From assembly GCF_006345805.1 (NCBI RefSeq), contig NC_043015.1, positions 12,338,001 through 12,402,000 of the forward strand: a DNA stretch of 64,000 bases. The letters are read 5' to 3'. The translations under genes and the position numbers were made by a program. The DNA comes from Octopus sinensis. Its lineage: Eukaryota. Below the pieces are notes generated by a model, which ran no database searches, was not told the origin of the DNA, and saw only the letters and a list, made by a program, of their open reading frames with translations. Below, in pieces: positions 1 to 12,694 of the stretch (the first letter of the stretch is position 1; each line of letters opens with the position of its first letter).

Positions 1-113
1 AGTGGGTTTTCTGGTTTTGAAGGTGAGATTTGAGGGCAGTCGTTGCGAGGCGGCAGAAACTATTGCTTCAGTTATCAAACCCGGAACTAAATTCAAGACA
101 TTTCATTGCTGCA

Positions 114-965
114 ATGACTGACATGGATGCCGTACCCGAAAAAAGGAGAAAACGGAGTGACAGTACAGGCGACCATTTCGACGACCGACAAACCGAAGCA
201 GAACTATTGAAATGCTTCGATAAATATGATATGACACATAAAAAGCGAGGTGTCGCCTACATCTTCAACAATGAAACTTTCAGACACTCGGAACTTACTT
301 GTGGTGGATCATCAAAAGACGCACAAGATTTTAAAATGGCATTAATAAGACTTGGATTACAGGAAGAAGATATCCATATTAATACAGATTTAAGTACCGA
401 AGAGATGATTGGGGTTTTGCAAAGGTTTGGCAAAGATAATACTGATATTGATTCTGATTGTTTTATTTGTGCAATACTAAGTTATAGTAACTCAGAAGGT
501 CTAATCTATGGATACGACGATAAAACTGAACTAGAGAAATTACTTTCTTATCTGAGACCCGATCGTTGTCCATGTTTAAAAGGAATACCTAAATTATTCT
601 TTATTCAAGCATGCCGAGGAAGTAAGATGGATTGTGGGGTCGAACAAAATGATGTTGCTTCCTATGGATTTGAAAAAACGTCATCCAAAATTCCAATTAT
701 GGCAGATATGCTGGTTGCTTATTCATCGTGTGATAAATATCCTTCTTTCGGAAATGAAGAAGGAGGCTCGTGGTTTATGCAAACTCTAAGTAAAATGTTG
801 ACGTATTATGGCACTGAACATGAAATCATGACACTTTTAACCGCTGTCTCTAAGTACGTTGCCTCTTTAGGCTCCCGGATTCCGGACAATTCAGCATACA
901 ATGAATATAAACAAATGCCTCACATTACGTCGACATTGACTAAACAACTGAAGTTTGAACCGTAG
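114..965 (+). CDS. Caspase-3/7-like protein, copy 1 (283 aa from first ATG), predicted catalytically inactive; intronless
   Basis: Caspase-fold motifs: KRGVAYIFNNETF, FICAILS, PKLFFIQACRG, ADMLVAYS, GSWFMQ, QMP..STLTKQL. Catalytic His codon is TAT (Tyr, 483-485). The S1 Arg positions read Cys (300-302) and Gly (750-752). The ORF-track start at 30 is a TTG; the first ATG is at 114. Confidence 0.9.
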   Translation: MTDMDAVPEKRRKRSDSTGDHFDDRQTEAELLKCFDKYDMTHKKRGVAYIFNNETFRHSELTCGGSSKDAQDFKMALIRLGLQEEDIHINTDLSTEEMIGVLQRFGKDNTDIDSDCFICAILSYSNSEGLIYGYDDKTELEKLLSYLRPDRCPCLKGIPKLFFIQACRGSKMDCGVEQNDVASYGFEKTSSKIPIMADMLVAYSSCDKYPSFGNEEGGSWFMQTLSKMLTYYGTEHEIMTLLTAVSKYVASLGSRIPDNSAYNEYKQMPHITSTLTKQLKFEP

Positions 966-1563
966 AACATTTGTAATATGGGATCCTTAAATACAGTGAG
1001 AATTTCTGATGCACGCACACATTATACGAATATATATATATATATATATATGTATAAGGATGAAAAGGAACACATATGATTACAGACTTAATTTGATTTT
1101 ATAAATATCATCTAACTTTTAAGACGTTTAACTAAAACTATTTTCTACCGTAAATTTCAATAAGGACACAAGTGCCTTATATTTTCATGCTAAATCTCAA
1201 AATAATTCTTCACTCTGAAAATTCAACTAACATTGTTTGGCGAACCTGGTGCACAGTCACCCCTAACCCCGGAACCAACCTTTCCGATTTTTTTTCCGCA
1301 CCGGATTCCTATGTTTTCGATGACGGAGATTCCAAATATGAAAAAAAAAAAAAGAACACGTTTTTAAAATTTTTTAATTTTTAACTCATTTTCGAATTTT
1401 TCTTTTCAATCTACGTGGAAAAATACGGAGATTATATATTTATGTGTTTGTGTATGTTTGTATGTCTGTGTTTGTTCCCCCACCCTTGCTTAACAACCGA
1501 CTCGCCTCCATTCAAAAATTGGGTTACCGACCCACTAAAAAATTGAGGTTGGATTAAAAGTGC

Positions 1564-1960
1564 TACTCTCTCTCTTTTACTTGTTTCAGTCATTTGACTG
1601 CGGCCATGCTGGAGCACCGCCTTTAGTCGAGCAAATCGACCCCGGGACTTATTCTTTGTAAGCCCAGTACTTATTCTATCGGTCTCTTTTTGCCGAACCG
1701 CTAATGACGGGGACGTAAACACATCAGCATCGGTTGTCAAGCAATGCTAGGGGAACAAACACAGACACACGCACATACATACATATATATATATATACAT
1801 ATATACGACAGGCTTCTTTCAGTTTCCGTCTACCAAATCCACACACAAGGCATTGGTCGGCCCGGGGCTATAGTAGAAGACACTTGTCCAAGATGCCACG
1901 CAGTGGGACTGAACCCAGGACCATGTGGTTGGTTAGCAAGCTACTTACCACACAGCCACT
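1564..1960 (-). mobile_element. tRNA-derived SINE, family A
   Basis: Near-complete copy of the window's most frequent ~390 bp repeat. Minus strand has A-box (TGGCTGTGTGG)- and B-box (GGTTCAGTCCC)-like motifs, an internal microsatellite and an AAGAGTA-type tail. Confidence 0.8.
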
Positions 1961-3046
1961 CGGCGTTTGGCCTCCTCAATAGGCATGTTATAAAAAAATG
2001 TTATTAGATTCAATAAAATGAATAATGTTTTCAGTTTTCATGTTTATTAATTTTTTCAGGCTTATCAATTTTTCCTTATTTTTTTGTTTTATTGAGGGTT
2101 AAACAATTTCTTTAGGTGGGGGAGATAACTGAAGGTACCAATATTTTTCATTAAACGGGGTGGGGGAGATAACCCAATTTTTTAAATGGGGATGAGATAA
2201 CCAAAAAGTACCCAACCGATGTTAGTGTGTTTACGTCCTCGTAACTTTGGTCGGCCAGAGGCTGTAGTAGAAGAAACTTGCCCAATGTACCATGTATTTG
2301 TTGACTTACACATTATTATATCTTACAATTAAGGCGGCGAACTGGCAGAATTGTTAGCACGTTGGACAAAATGTATAGCGGTATTTCGTCCGTCGCTACG
2401 TTCTGAGTTCAAATTCCGCCGAGGTTGACTTTATTTTTCATTCTTTCGGGATCGGTGCAGCCCCCTCCACACGAATTTTAGGCCATGTGCCTCCAGTAGA
2501 AAGGATTATTTTAAGTTTACAGCGGGGCTTAAATTTGAAACTGTGATAGCTTAGTAACGAGAAATGGGTCACAGCCTATCAGGCAACTTACTTGAACTCG
2601 GCTGCAATTATGTGATCGAAAGAATTTTCGACGAATTTCTGGCCACAACAGGGCTACAAACTGAGATGCGCGCCAAAATCAGGAGACAGACAGAGGGAAC
2701 AGGGGTCCATGAAAAGACAGGTTTTAGTGGTCGCAGCCGAGCCTGAGTTAAAAGGAATCGTTTGTCGACAATGAACTCAGAATCTTCTCTGCTCTCACGA
2801 CACGAAGATATATGCAGTCATATCTCTAATCCCTCGGCAAAAACCCATATATATCTATATGTACACAAAAGGTTTCATCTAACATTAAATGGGCTTTGTT
2901 GTAATATAGGTAACAGCCAAATCAGCCCACCTATTTAACCAAAGTTTTTTAACTAAAGTATTTTTCTTTTGGTTAAATACTTATAAATTAACTAAATGTT
3001 TTTGCTCCCTGATAGTAATATACGTTGCGTTTAAAATCTTCTATAT

Positions 3047-4530
3047 GCTTGTCCCACCCGTAACAAACGAGGTAGACAACCTACCATTACCTCAGCATAC
3101 AAAAGGACCCACTGTGAACGCTGGCAGGGCTGGACGAAGCCAGACTACCTACCTTCAGATGCACACGACATCAGAACTACAATCGCACATGCTATCGGTG
3201 TCAGCCTTAGAACAACGCTTAAAACCCATATTTTAAAGTTGAACAACAAACTGTATAAACAGACGAAAGGCGGTGCTATTGGAGTAGGGATCGCCGGTGA
3301 TGTTGCTAACCTCTTCATGGTATGGTGGGACAGACAGTTTGAACACTGCCTAACGACCCGTAACATCCACTTAGCTATGTACTCTCGATACGTTGACGAC
3401 ATTAACCTTGTCGTGAAACGTAATAGTAATACAGACACAGATATAGACTCTACTAAATGAAGAACAGGTGATGACAGCTATACAACACATAGCTGACTCT
3501 ATCCATAGCAGTATAAAAGTTACCGTAGACTACCCCTCTAAACACCCCAGTAATAGATTACCTGTCCTAGATACTGAGCTGTGGATAGAAAATACTATGG
3601 TTAACGGAACTGTTAAACCCTGTATGCTCCACTCACACTATTGTAAACCTATGGCTAATCCACTGGTAATCCGTAGTGACTCGGCGATGTCGAATACTAC
3701 CAAGCTCAACATCCCAGTGGCAGACTTAGAGTAATGAGGAGTGTATCCCCACTATGCCAACTACAAGAACGACAACACATCCAGCACTACATATTCCGAA
3801 TGCAACGCTCCGGATACACACAATACGATAGAATCAGAGTGTACAAAGGAGCGAAAACAAAATTCGAACGCATTCTAAGAAATGACGAAAACGGTATATG
3901 CCCTCTATACCGCAACAAGTTCTGGAATAGGTTAGAGAGGGACACCAACAAAAGGAATAAAATTAATACTTGGTATGATAACAAGAAATTTCACAGTGTA
4001 ATGTTTGTTGATTCCACACCTAAGAACGAATTAAGTAAGGCATTTAAGAAAATCCTGCGCACAACTGGCGTTAAGATCAAAGTTGGAGAAAAGACAGGTA
4101 GGACTATCAAATCTGTATTATGTAGATCATATCCATTTGATAGAATCACGTGGCGAAATAATTGTGCAGTATGTTCTACAAAACCACATGTGAACTGCAA
4201 AATCAAGAGCACTGTATACCTTATTAAGTGCCAAGAAGGTGCTTGCGCGACTAACCCAGAGTCATACATAGGTGAGACTTCTAGAAGTATCAATGACAGG
4301 TTCAAAGAACATCTGGACAACTACATTGAAAAGAAACCAAACTCCATCTTCTATCAGCATGCTGTAGACTGCCACAAGGGCTCCTTAGGGAGACTTAAGT
4401 TAAACATCTTATCCACACATCCCACTGATGCAATGCTGAGACAGGTCACTGAAGCTGTCTGTATACAAGAATACAAACCCACTCTCAACCGAAAATCCGA
4501 ATGGAGTAACATCCAGATTCCACTCGGGAG
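3047..4530 (+). mobile_element. Penelope-like retroelement (RT + GIY-YIG), 5'-truncated, frameshifted
   Basis: Successive ORF pieces give YKQTKGGAIG, SRYVDDI, LPVLD, then VYLIKC...C...YIGETSRSINDRFKEH (GIY-YIG) and PTLNRKSEW. RT plus GIY-YIG is diagnostic of PLEs. Confidence 0.88.
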
Positions 4531-5138
4531 TAGCATTCTATCAACCCCTCTCTCTCATTTACATGTGGTAATCCATACATACATGTTGAAATGCATGATA
4601 CTAAAATACATATATGCAATTATATATAACCGTATGAGCGTACATTATTTGATAAGTATGTACGTATGTGTAGATGTATATGTGGTGTGTATGTTAGTGT
4701 ATAAGTATGTACATGCATGCACATATGAGTATGTGTAGATATATGTATGTATTGTATATGTATGCATGTAAAAAAAAAGAATAAATAGAATAAAATAAAG
4801 CAAATTTGAATTTTAATCGTTGTCCCTGAAAAGAGTTATATATATATATATATATATATCAACAATTGAGGGTAAAATTAATTAATTAATCAATTTCACC
4901 AAGTGTTCAGTATGTAAAAGGACCATTTAAGGCGAATTCAAAATATTACATTATATAATTAGGGCTTAGTAAAATAAATTACTTTGCCACATACTGAACT
5001 TAGTAGAAATAGCAGCTAAAAAAAATTTTCTTAGCATTTCTACTACTTAAAGAAAATTTCTCTCAGATAATGTTTACTCCAGACAGCTCACGAAGGTGTG
5101 GGGGTAAATACAGAAAAATATCACAAGTACATAGATCG

Positions 5139-5201
5139 TTTGAGTACGTCAACGTTTCAAGATTAGCCAAATAAAATCAGCATTTCTTTCGTCAGCTCAA
5201 A
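5139..5201 (-). ncRNA. Type I hammerhead ribozyme motif (mirror copy in the other palindrome arm)
   Basis: Exact reverse complement of 5218-5280. Confidence 0.8.
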
Positions 5202-5217
5202 ATTTCTTAATTTGGAT

Positions 5218-5280
5218 TTTGAGCTGACGAAAGAAATGCTGATTTTATTTGGCTAATCTTGAAACGTTGACGTACTCAAA
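5218..5280 (+). ncRNA. Type I hammerhead ribozyme motif
   Basis: Stem I TTTGAG/CTCAAA, core CTGACGA (5224-5230), stem II AAGA..TCTT, GAAA (5261-5264), stem III ACG-ttga-CGT, cleavage triplet GUA (site after 5274). Confidence 0.8.
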
Positions 5281-5461
5281 CGATCTATGTACTTGTGATA
5301 TTTTTCTGTATTTACCCCCAAACCTTCGTGAGCTGTCTGGAGTAAACATTATCTGAGAGAAATTTTCTTTAAGTAGTAGAAATGCTAAGAAAATTTTTTT
5401 TGGTTGCTATTTCTACTAAGTTCAGTATGTGGCAAAGTAATTTATTTTACTAAGCCCTAAT

Positions 5462-5492
<31 letters not shown>

Positions 5493-5643
5493 ACATTATT
5501 GTTCAATTATCCGCACCAACGCACGGTTGCAACGCCAGATGGTTGTACCTCCAACCGTGCTGTTCACTGCTGTGATTTTGCTACTAAGGTATCGGTTAAA
5601 CTTTTGATTAATCTACTACAAGATTATTCATCTTCTATTTCAC

Positions 5644-5747
<104 letters not shown>

Positions 5748-5931
5748 TGTATGTAGAGATGGATAAGCGTATGTGTGCATACTTTAAAATTATACGTATA
5801 TTTGTATGTGTAAGTGTCTATATGATTGTGTGTACTTGTATATATGTATAAGGTTATATATGCATATATGTATCTAAGACGTTGTATCCATTCACCGTTA
5901 CACGGTGATGAGAGTGACAAACGCACGCACA

Positions 5932-5969
<38 letters not shown>

Positions 5970-6267
5970 TGTGTGTGTGTCTATATACACGTATATGTGT
6001 GTATATATACAGCCTTCAACAAAGTAACAGTCATGTATACAACTTGAACTGACACATATCAGTACATAAACATACGTTCACATGTACACACACACAGGCA
6101 CGTCTACACATTCTCCTATATACTCACATACATACGTAAGTACATGCATACATGCGTATAGGCAGGCGCACACACACATGCATACATACATACATACATA
6201 CATACATACATACATACATACATACATACATACATACATACATACATACATACATACATACATACAT

Positions 6268-6818
6268 GGTGGCTGCCCCCTCGTTATCGAGTATGGCCAT
6301 TGCGCGAAGCTTAATCAATGTTGTTATCGTGCAATGCCTGTGCAAGAAGATTTTTTTTTAAAGTGAGGAAAGGCTGTGCACTGAGTCAATCCCACTCACT
6401 AAGCAACAGCAGCTATAATCCGAAAAGAAGAACAAGTCAACATCATCGTTAACCACTGAGCCGCAGGTTTTATTTCGGAGTTATCCCAGTTACCTGAGTT
6501 ACCTTCTCCTAGAAGGATGCCCTAACAAAGGCTAGGAGTCTTTCACTCCCAATGGTTTAACCGCGCGATCGGGTATTCAGTCCGATTATTTCTATGTCCC
6601 CGCACATGATACAGCCTTAAGACATTTATTGGATGGCCATTGACTCTCAAGAGTTCCTCCGCCCTTTGACGGGTTTTGTTTTTCATCCCGCAGGGTGTCC
6701 AATAAACACCCTCCTCACCAAGCAAGCTTGGTGGGGTTGCCGGTTTAGTCGCCGACGACACGACCATGCAACAGGTTGAATTGGGTTACATGTTACCAGT
6801 AGCACTCGAAAGTGACTT
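6268..6818 (-). mobile_element. Non-coding interspersed repeat resembling an RTE-LINE UTR derivative, embedded in (CATA)n/(CATGA)n
   Basis: GC-richer 550-bp block bounded by tetra/pentanucleotide microsatellites; no coding motif seen. The family assignment is from general resemblance only. Confidence 0.35.
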
Positions 6819-6881
6819 GACATGACATGACATGACATGACATGACATGACATGACATGCATGCATACATACATACATACA

Positions 6882-7002
<121 letters not shown>

Positions 7003-7891
7003 TGAACTAACGGATACTTTCTCAGATGCAGCACGGAATTCTGTCAGTGAACAGGTCGCGGTGAACAGCGACAAAAATATTTTGACAAATTAAATTTAAA
7101 TGTTGAAGTGAATCGAACGGTTTTTGTCTGTTTCTTAAATGGCTTATAAACACCTTCCACGCTGCAATTGTTTTCGTTCCAGCACACGATCTCAGATCAG
7201 GTCACTTGCTATGTAAGTACATCTCCGTAATATTATTTTGTTCTCCTGTCGTAAACTCGTGTTTCGTTTTGGTTTTGGCATCACAAATAAAACATATATT
7301 TATACATTACTCGTTTAGGTGCAGGTGTTGCAGTGAGGTAAGAAGCTGCATGGTCCCTTGAGCAAGTGCCGTCTACCATAGCTTTGGGCCGACCAAAGTC
7401 TTGAGAGTAGATCTGGTAGACGGAAACTGAAAGAAACACATTGTATATGTGTGTGTGTGTCCTCGGATTAGATAAATCTTTCTATTATGCATTAAATTTA
7501 TATATATAAATATGTGTGTGTGTGTGTGTGTGTGTGTATCTTTGTGTCTGTCCTCTACCACCGCGTGGCAACCAGTGTTGGTGTGTTTACGTCCCCGTAA
7601 CGTAGCGGTTTGGCAAAACAACACGATAGAATAAGTATCAGGGTTTTAAAAATTAGTTTGGGGGTCGATTCGTTCGACTTAAGTTCTCTCAAAGGCAGTA
7701 GAAACAAGTAGATTTCTTCGATATTATGTTGTAATTTACCACAATACGATCTAAATTAACGAAGGAAAGTTTTCGGATCTTCTTTTCTCTCTTTTACTAT
7801 TTTTTGGAATGTGTGATGGAAAAAGGGGGAGGGAATTTTTTCTGAAATTCTAAAGTCACTCTATAGTTTTGATTCGTTTTTCATAAACCTT

Positions 7892-8486
7892 TACTCTTTT
7901 ACTTGTTTTAGTCATTTGGCTGCGGCTATGCTGGAGCACCGCCTTTAGTCGAGCAAATCGACCCCGGGACTTATTCTTTTGTAAGCCCAGTACTTATTCT
8001 ATCAGTCTCATTTGCCGAACCGCTAAGTAACGGGGACATAAACACACCAGCATCGGTAGTCAAGCAATGCTAGGGGGACAAACACAGACACACACACGCA
8101 TATATATATATACATATATACGACGGGCTTCTTTCAGTTTCCGTCTACCAAATCCACTCACAAGGCATTGGTCAGCCCGGGGCCATAGCAGAAGACACTT
8201 GCCCAAGATGCCACGCAGTGGGAATGAACCCGGAACCATGTGGTTGGTAAACAAGCTACTTACCTATTTCTTTATTACCCACAAGGGGCTAAACATAGAG
8301 GGGACAAACAAGGACAGACATAGGTATTAAGTCGATTACATCGACTCCAGTGCGTAACTGGTACTTAATTCATCGACCCCGAAAGGATGAAAGGCAAAGT
8401 CGACCTCGGCTTTGCCTTTCATCCTTTCGGGGTCGATGAATTAAGTACCAGTTACGCACTGGGGTCGATGTAGCCACTCCTGCGCC
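7892..8486 (-). mobile_element. SINE family A with a nested, folded-back SINE family B (8264-8471) in its head
   Basis: The family A head CTACTTACC|acac|AGCCACTCCTGCGCC is split at 8263/8472 by family B sequence. Confidence 0.8.
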
Positions 8487-8998
8487 TTTAATTATATTTT
8501 ATATATTATTAGTAGTAGTATTAAAATTAACTCCTATGTCCCGTTTCTCAGAAAAATCTGATGCACATACGATTTAGCGTTACAAGGGAGGTCACTCTTC
8601 ATACACTTCAGTGCTGGAGAGATCCGCATATTGCTCTCTTAATTTTTCGATGAATACGGCGAGCTTAGCGAGATTGTTAAGTACACCGGACAAAACTGCT
8701 TAGCAGCATTATCATATGTCTTCATGTTCTGATTTTAAATTCTAGGGAAGTCGGCTTTGACTGTCATCCATACGGGGTCGATAAAATAAGTACCAGTTGA
8801 TTACTGAATCAATGTAATCAACTGGTCCTACACACACACATACCATAAAATTTCAGTCTTTGTGCTTATAAGAGAAAAAAAACAAACTATTAATTTTTCG
8901 AAGGGGTCAATGGATTGACAGAATCGTTCGAACGTAGGACAATATGCCTCGCAGTATTTCTTCGACTCACTGGAGTTTATATGAAATACTTGTCATGA

Positions 8999-9105
8999 AC
9001 TGCGTGGCACCTTGGGCAAGTGTCTTCTACTATAGCCTCGGGCCGACCAAAGCCTTGTGAGTAGATTTGGTAGACGGAAACTGAAAGAAGCCCGTCGTAT
9101 ATATG

Positions 9106-9170
<65 letters not shown>

Positions 9171-9385
9171 ATGTTTGTGTGTCTGTGTTTGTCTCCCTAG
9201 CATTGCTTGACAACCGATGCTTGTGTGTTTACGTCCCCGTCACTTAGCGGTTCGGCAAAAGAGACCGATAGAATAAGTACTGGGCTTACAAAGAATAAGT
9301 CCCGGGGTCTATTTGCTCGACTAAAGGCGGTGCTCCAGCATGGCCGCAGTCAAATGACTGAAACAAGTAAAAGAGTAAAAGAGTA
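8999..9385 (+). mobile_element. SINE family A, 5'-truncated
   Basis: Matches family A from ACTGCGTGGCACC to the AAAAGAGTA tail. Confidence 0.8.
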
Positions 9386-9981
9386 ACGTAAACGGTATAG
9401 AGTAAAACTTCTCAAAATTGCTGCTTTTTCGCCTAAATTAGAAAAAAAATTATCAATTTTTCCGAAATATATAACAGGCGTGGTTTGATTCTTTAAAGCA
9501 TTTGTTCATGTCATCTTTCTCAACATCCACCTTTCTTTAAAGGCGTTGAATTGTTAAGGGGAATTTGGCTGCTTTTCCTAAAAGGTCGAGGGTCCACGAA
9601 GGCTATGTGACTATTATAGGTGGGAGTAAAACGAAAGAAAAAGGAAGCGGGTGGGGGAGGCAAAATGCAGAATTCTTAGATGTCAAATGCGAAGTGAACC
9701 TGTTGGATATGGTGCAAAACTGTATGAAGGTCAGCCTTTGTTCATCTGTTTCAAGAAAATTCAGTGTCTGTTTTATTGTTACTTGTTTCAATCTTTTGAC
9801 TGCGGCCATGCTGGAGCAACACCTCGAAGGGGGGGGGAGGTTAGTCGAAGAAATCGATCCCAGGACTTATTTTTTGTAAGCTTAGTACATACTCTATCGG
9901 GGTCTCTTGCCGAACCGCTAAGTTACGGGGACATAAAGACACCACAATCGGTTGTCAAACAATGGTTGGCAAGCGGAGGAG

Positions 9982-10015
<34 letters not shown>

Positions 10016-10021
10016 GTCTTT

Positions 10022-10060
<39 letters not shown>

Positions 10061-10514
10061 CTAGCGGGCCACCCGGTCTGTACGATGCTCAAATATATTC
10101 ATAAGGCACATATTTGTATGTATCATAATGCTCATTTCCCTTACAATAAAAGTTGTTAAAAGACATCTCAATATTGCATACCATAATTTTGAACATTTAT
10201 TTACAATATATCACCAAATTTCATTTCACCAATCGAAAATAGGATTTCTTGTAATCGTAACACATGTAAAAGAGATGTTCCAATAGTAGATGAACGTGAA
10301 AGTGTTTTGCGGATAAGCTATCCACGATCCACTTTGAGTTTCAGAAAATTAAAATGACTGGGCTTTGATGAGAGCGAAAAAAAAATCTACACCATTAAAA
10401 GCATATTTGTTAAGAATTTTATTGAAAAATATCCATTTATATATATAAAAAACAAAAACAAATTCGGTGGGGTACTCTTGTATAGGTATGCCCTATTTGT
10501 ATAATATATTACGG

Positions 10515-10715
10515 CAGTGCTTTCCAAACTTTTTGCTGGAGCGGAACCCCAAGGAAACATTCCACTGGCTCGAGGAACCCCTGTGCAATAATTTAATAGT
10601 CTTATGCACACATATCTGCACAGGAGAATTAAAAATTACTGCCGATTTTAGCAGTTTTGTAACTTCTTGCGGAACCTCTGGACTGTACTGGCGGAACCCC
10701 GGTTGAAAACTACTG
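10515..10715. mobile_element. hAT-type MITE
   Basis: Imperfect TIRs CAGTGCTTTCCAAAC / GGTTGAAAACTACTG; 8-bp TSD TATTACGG (10507-10514) / CATTACGG (10716-10723). Confidence 0.75.
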
Positions 10716-10739
10716 CATTACGGTGAAAATATCGACTTT

Positions 10740-10794
10740 ATTTAGTGTTTTTACTGGTTAACGTACAGAGAAACAAACTTTGCTTTTTATAAGG

Positions 10795-10857
<63 letters not shown>

Positions 10858-10882
10858 GAGATAGATAGATAGATAGAGATAG

Positions 10883-10973
<91 letters not shown>

Positions 10974-10984
10974 TAGATAGATAG

Positions 10985-11027
<43 letters not shown>

Positions 11028-11038
11028 TATATATATAT

Positions 11039-11107
<69 letters not shown>

Positions 11108-11331
11108 TTACAGTTAAATAGACATTACTTGTATTGCTAGGAATAGGAGCCAATGCATCACCTACTCCCCCCACACACACACACCACCGCTACCATCCGT
11201 TTTCGGAAAATAAGTGCAGTTACCTGCGAAATGGTCAAATTAATTTAATGATACGAAAAACCTGAAATATCACTTTTATTTAGTGTTTTCAGCTGTCAAC
11301 GTACAAACAAACAAACTTTGCTTTTTATAAG

Positions 11332-11409
<78 letters not shown>

Positions 11410-11553
11410 TCACAGTGAAATACGTGGATTGCTACAAATAGAAGTCAACACACCACCAACTCGCCCCCACCTCCAATCTATTTTCAGAAAATAAGTGAAC
11501 AGTTATCTGCAGAATGGTCAAATTTATTGAAATGACACGAAAAACCTGAAATA

Positions 11554-11560
<7 letters not shown>
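10740..11560 (-). repeat. Two tandem related units each carrying a (GATA)n array; possibly Helitron-like non-autonomous elements
   Basis: TTTAGTGTTTT...AAACAAACTTTGCTTTTTATAAG(G/A)AGATAGATAG occurs at ~10741 and ~11279, each followed by related TTTTC(G/A)GAAAATAAGTG blocks. Confidence 0.45.
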
Positions 11561-11593
<33 letters not shown>

Positions 11594-11619
11594 TCTGTCT
11601 GTCTATATATATTATTCTT

Positions 11620-11787
11620 TTACTCTTTTACTTGTTTCAGTCATTTGACTGCGGCCATGCTGGAGCACCGCCTTTAGTCGAGCAACTCGACCCCGGGACT
11701 TATTCTTTGTAAGCCCAGTACTTATTCTATCGGTCTCTTTTTGCCGAACCGCTAAGTGACGGGGACGTAAACACACCAGCATCGGTT
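11620..11787 (-). mobile_element. SINE family A, 3' part
   Basis: Near-identical to the 3' half of other family A copies. Confidence 0.75.
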
Positions 11788-11789
11788 GC

Positions 11790-12240
11790 TGCAAAGATAT
11801 CGGTTTCCAACTTAGCCCAACTTTACGCCTATGTACGTTATGCACATAACAATCACCTGGAGGACGAATTCCTGTTTTGAAAAAACCCTCAGCACCAAAA
11901 CAACCGCAAGAGAAATATTTAAGAAAATGGACAAATGTTTTTAGGCACATGATATCGACTGGGATCATATCATTGACGTGTGCACCGACGGCGCTCCGGA
12001 GATACTTGGCTGCCGTTCCAGTTTTCAGACTTTGGGGAAGGAAAATTTCCCAACTGCTATTGGTATACACTGCACGATTTATCGACAAGCACTAATAGTG
12101 AAAACCATGCCTGATGAGTTTTAAAAAATTATCTAAACTACGTGATTAAAACAGTGAACTTCATCAAAGCGAATGCACTCATCTCCTGTCTGTTTGCCGA
12201 GTTGTGCAAAGAAAGTGATTCTGAATTCGAAACATTCGTT
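11790..12240 (+). mobile_element. hAT (Buster/Charlie-type) transposase pseudogene fragment
   Basis: Cross-frame translation gives QLYAYVRY..EDEFLF..TTAREIF..WDHIIDVCTDGAP..IHCTIYRQAL..VIKTVNFIKANAL, i.e. the CTDGA and HC..HR motifs of hAT transposases. Confidence 0.8.
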
Positions 12241-12694
12241 AAAAAGTATCCATTTTTCTGGAAGTTATGAGGCAACAAAATCTGTGTGTGGAATAAAACG
12301 GTAGTTGTGCCTTTTTTCAATAAAAGTTAACTTTAACTTCCGATACATTTTTTAAAAAATTAACGGATATATATATGCATGACGAGCTTCTTTCAATCAA
12401 CCAAATCCACTCACAAGGAAGCAAATGGTTGGGGAAGATCTTATCACACAAGCACGTTTGCGCCAAGAAGAACTGCCCAAAAACCTGATTTCCATCCCTT
12501 ACCCGAAACATTTTTCACAATAAATTCCGATACCTCGTGAAAATTTCATTAAAAACTATATATTTTAAAGAAAATCATTAAAAATAATTTTTTTTTATCA
12601 GGGTACAGAACACATATCTGCTGTTATGCCCCTAGAAAACTATTTTAAATAAATTATACATCTTGATTTCTATGCTATATATACAAGATCTCGA

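Larger units (their letters stand above)
4950..5469. repeat. Near-perfect palindrome (254-bp arms, 12-nt spacer 5204-5215) of a PLE terminal repeat
   Basis: 4950-5203 is the reverse complement of 5216-5469 with only a few mismatches; flanked by (TA)n. Confidence 0.93.

Noticed and set aside
30-113. N-terminal extensions of caspase copy 1 (30-113) and copy 4 (59158-59196) in the ORF track
   Set aside because: They start at TTG/GTG (bacterial-style starts). Homologous bases are out of frame in copy 3, so they are treated as 5'UTR.
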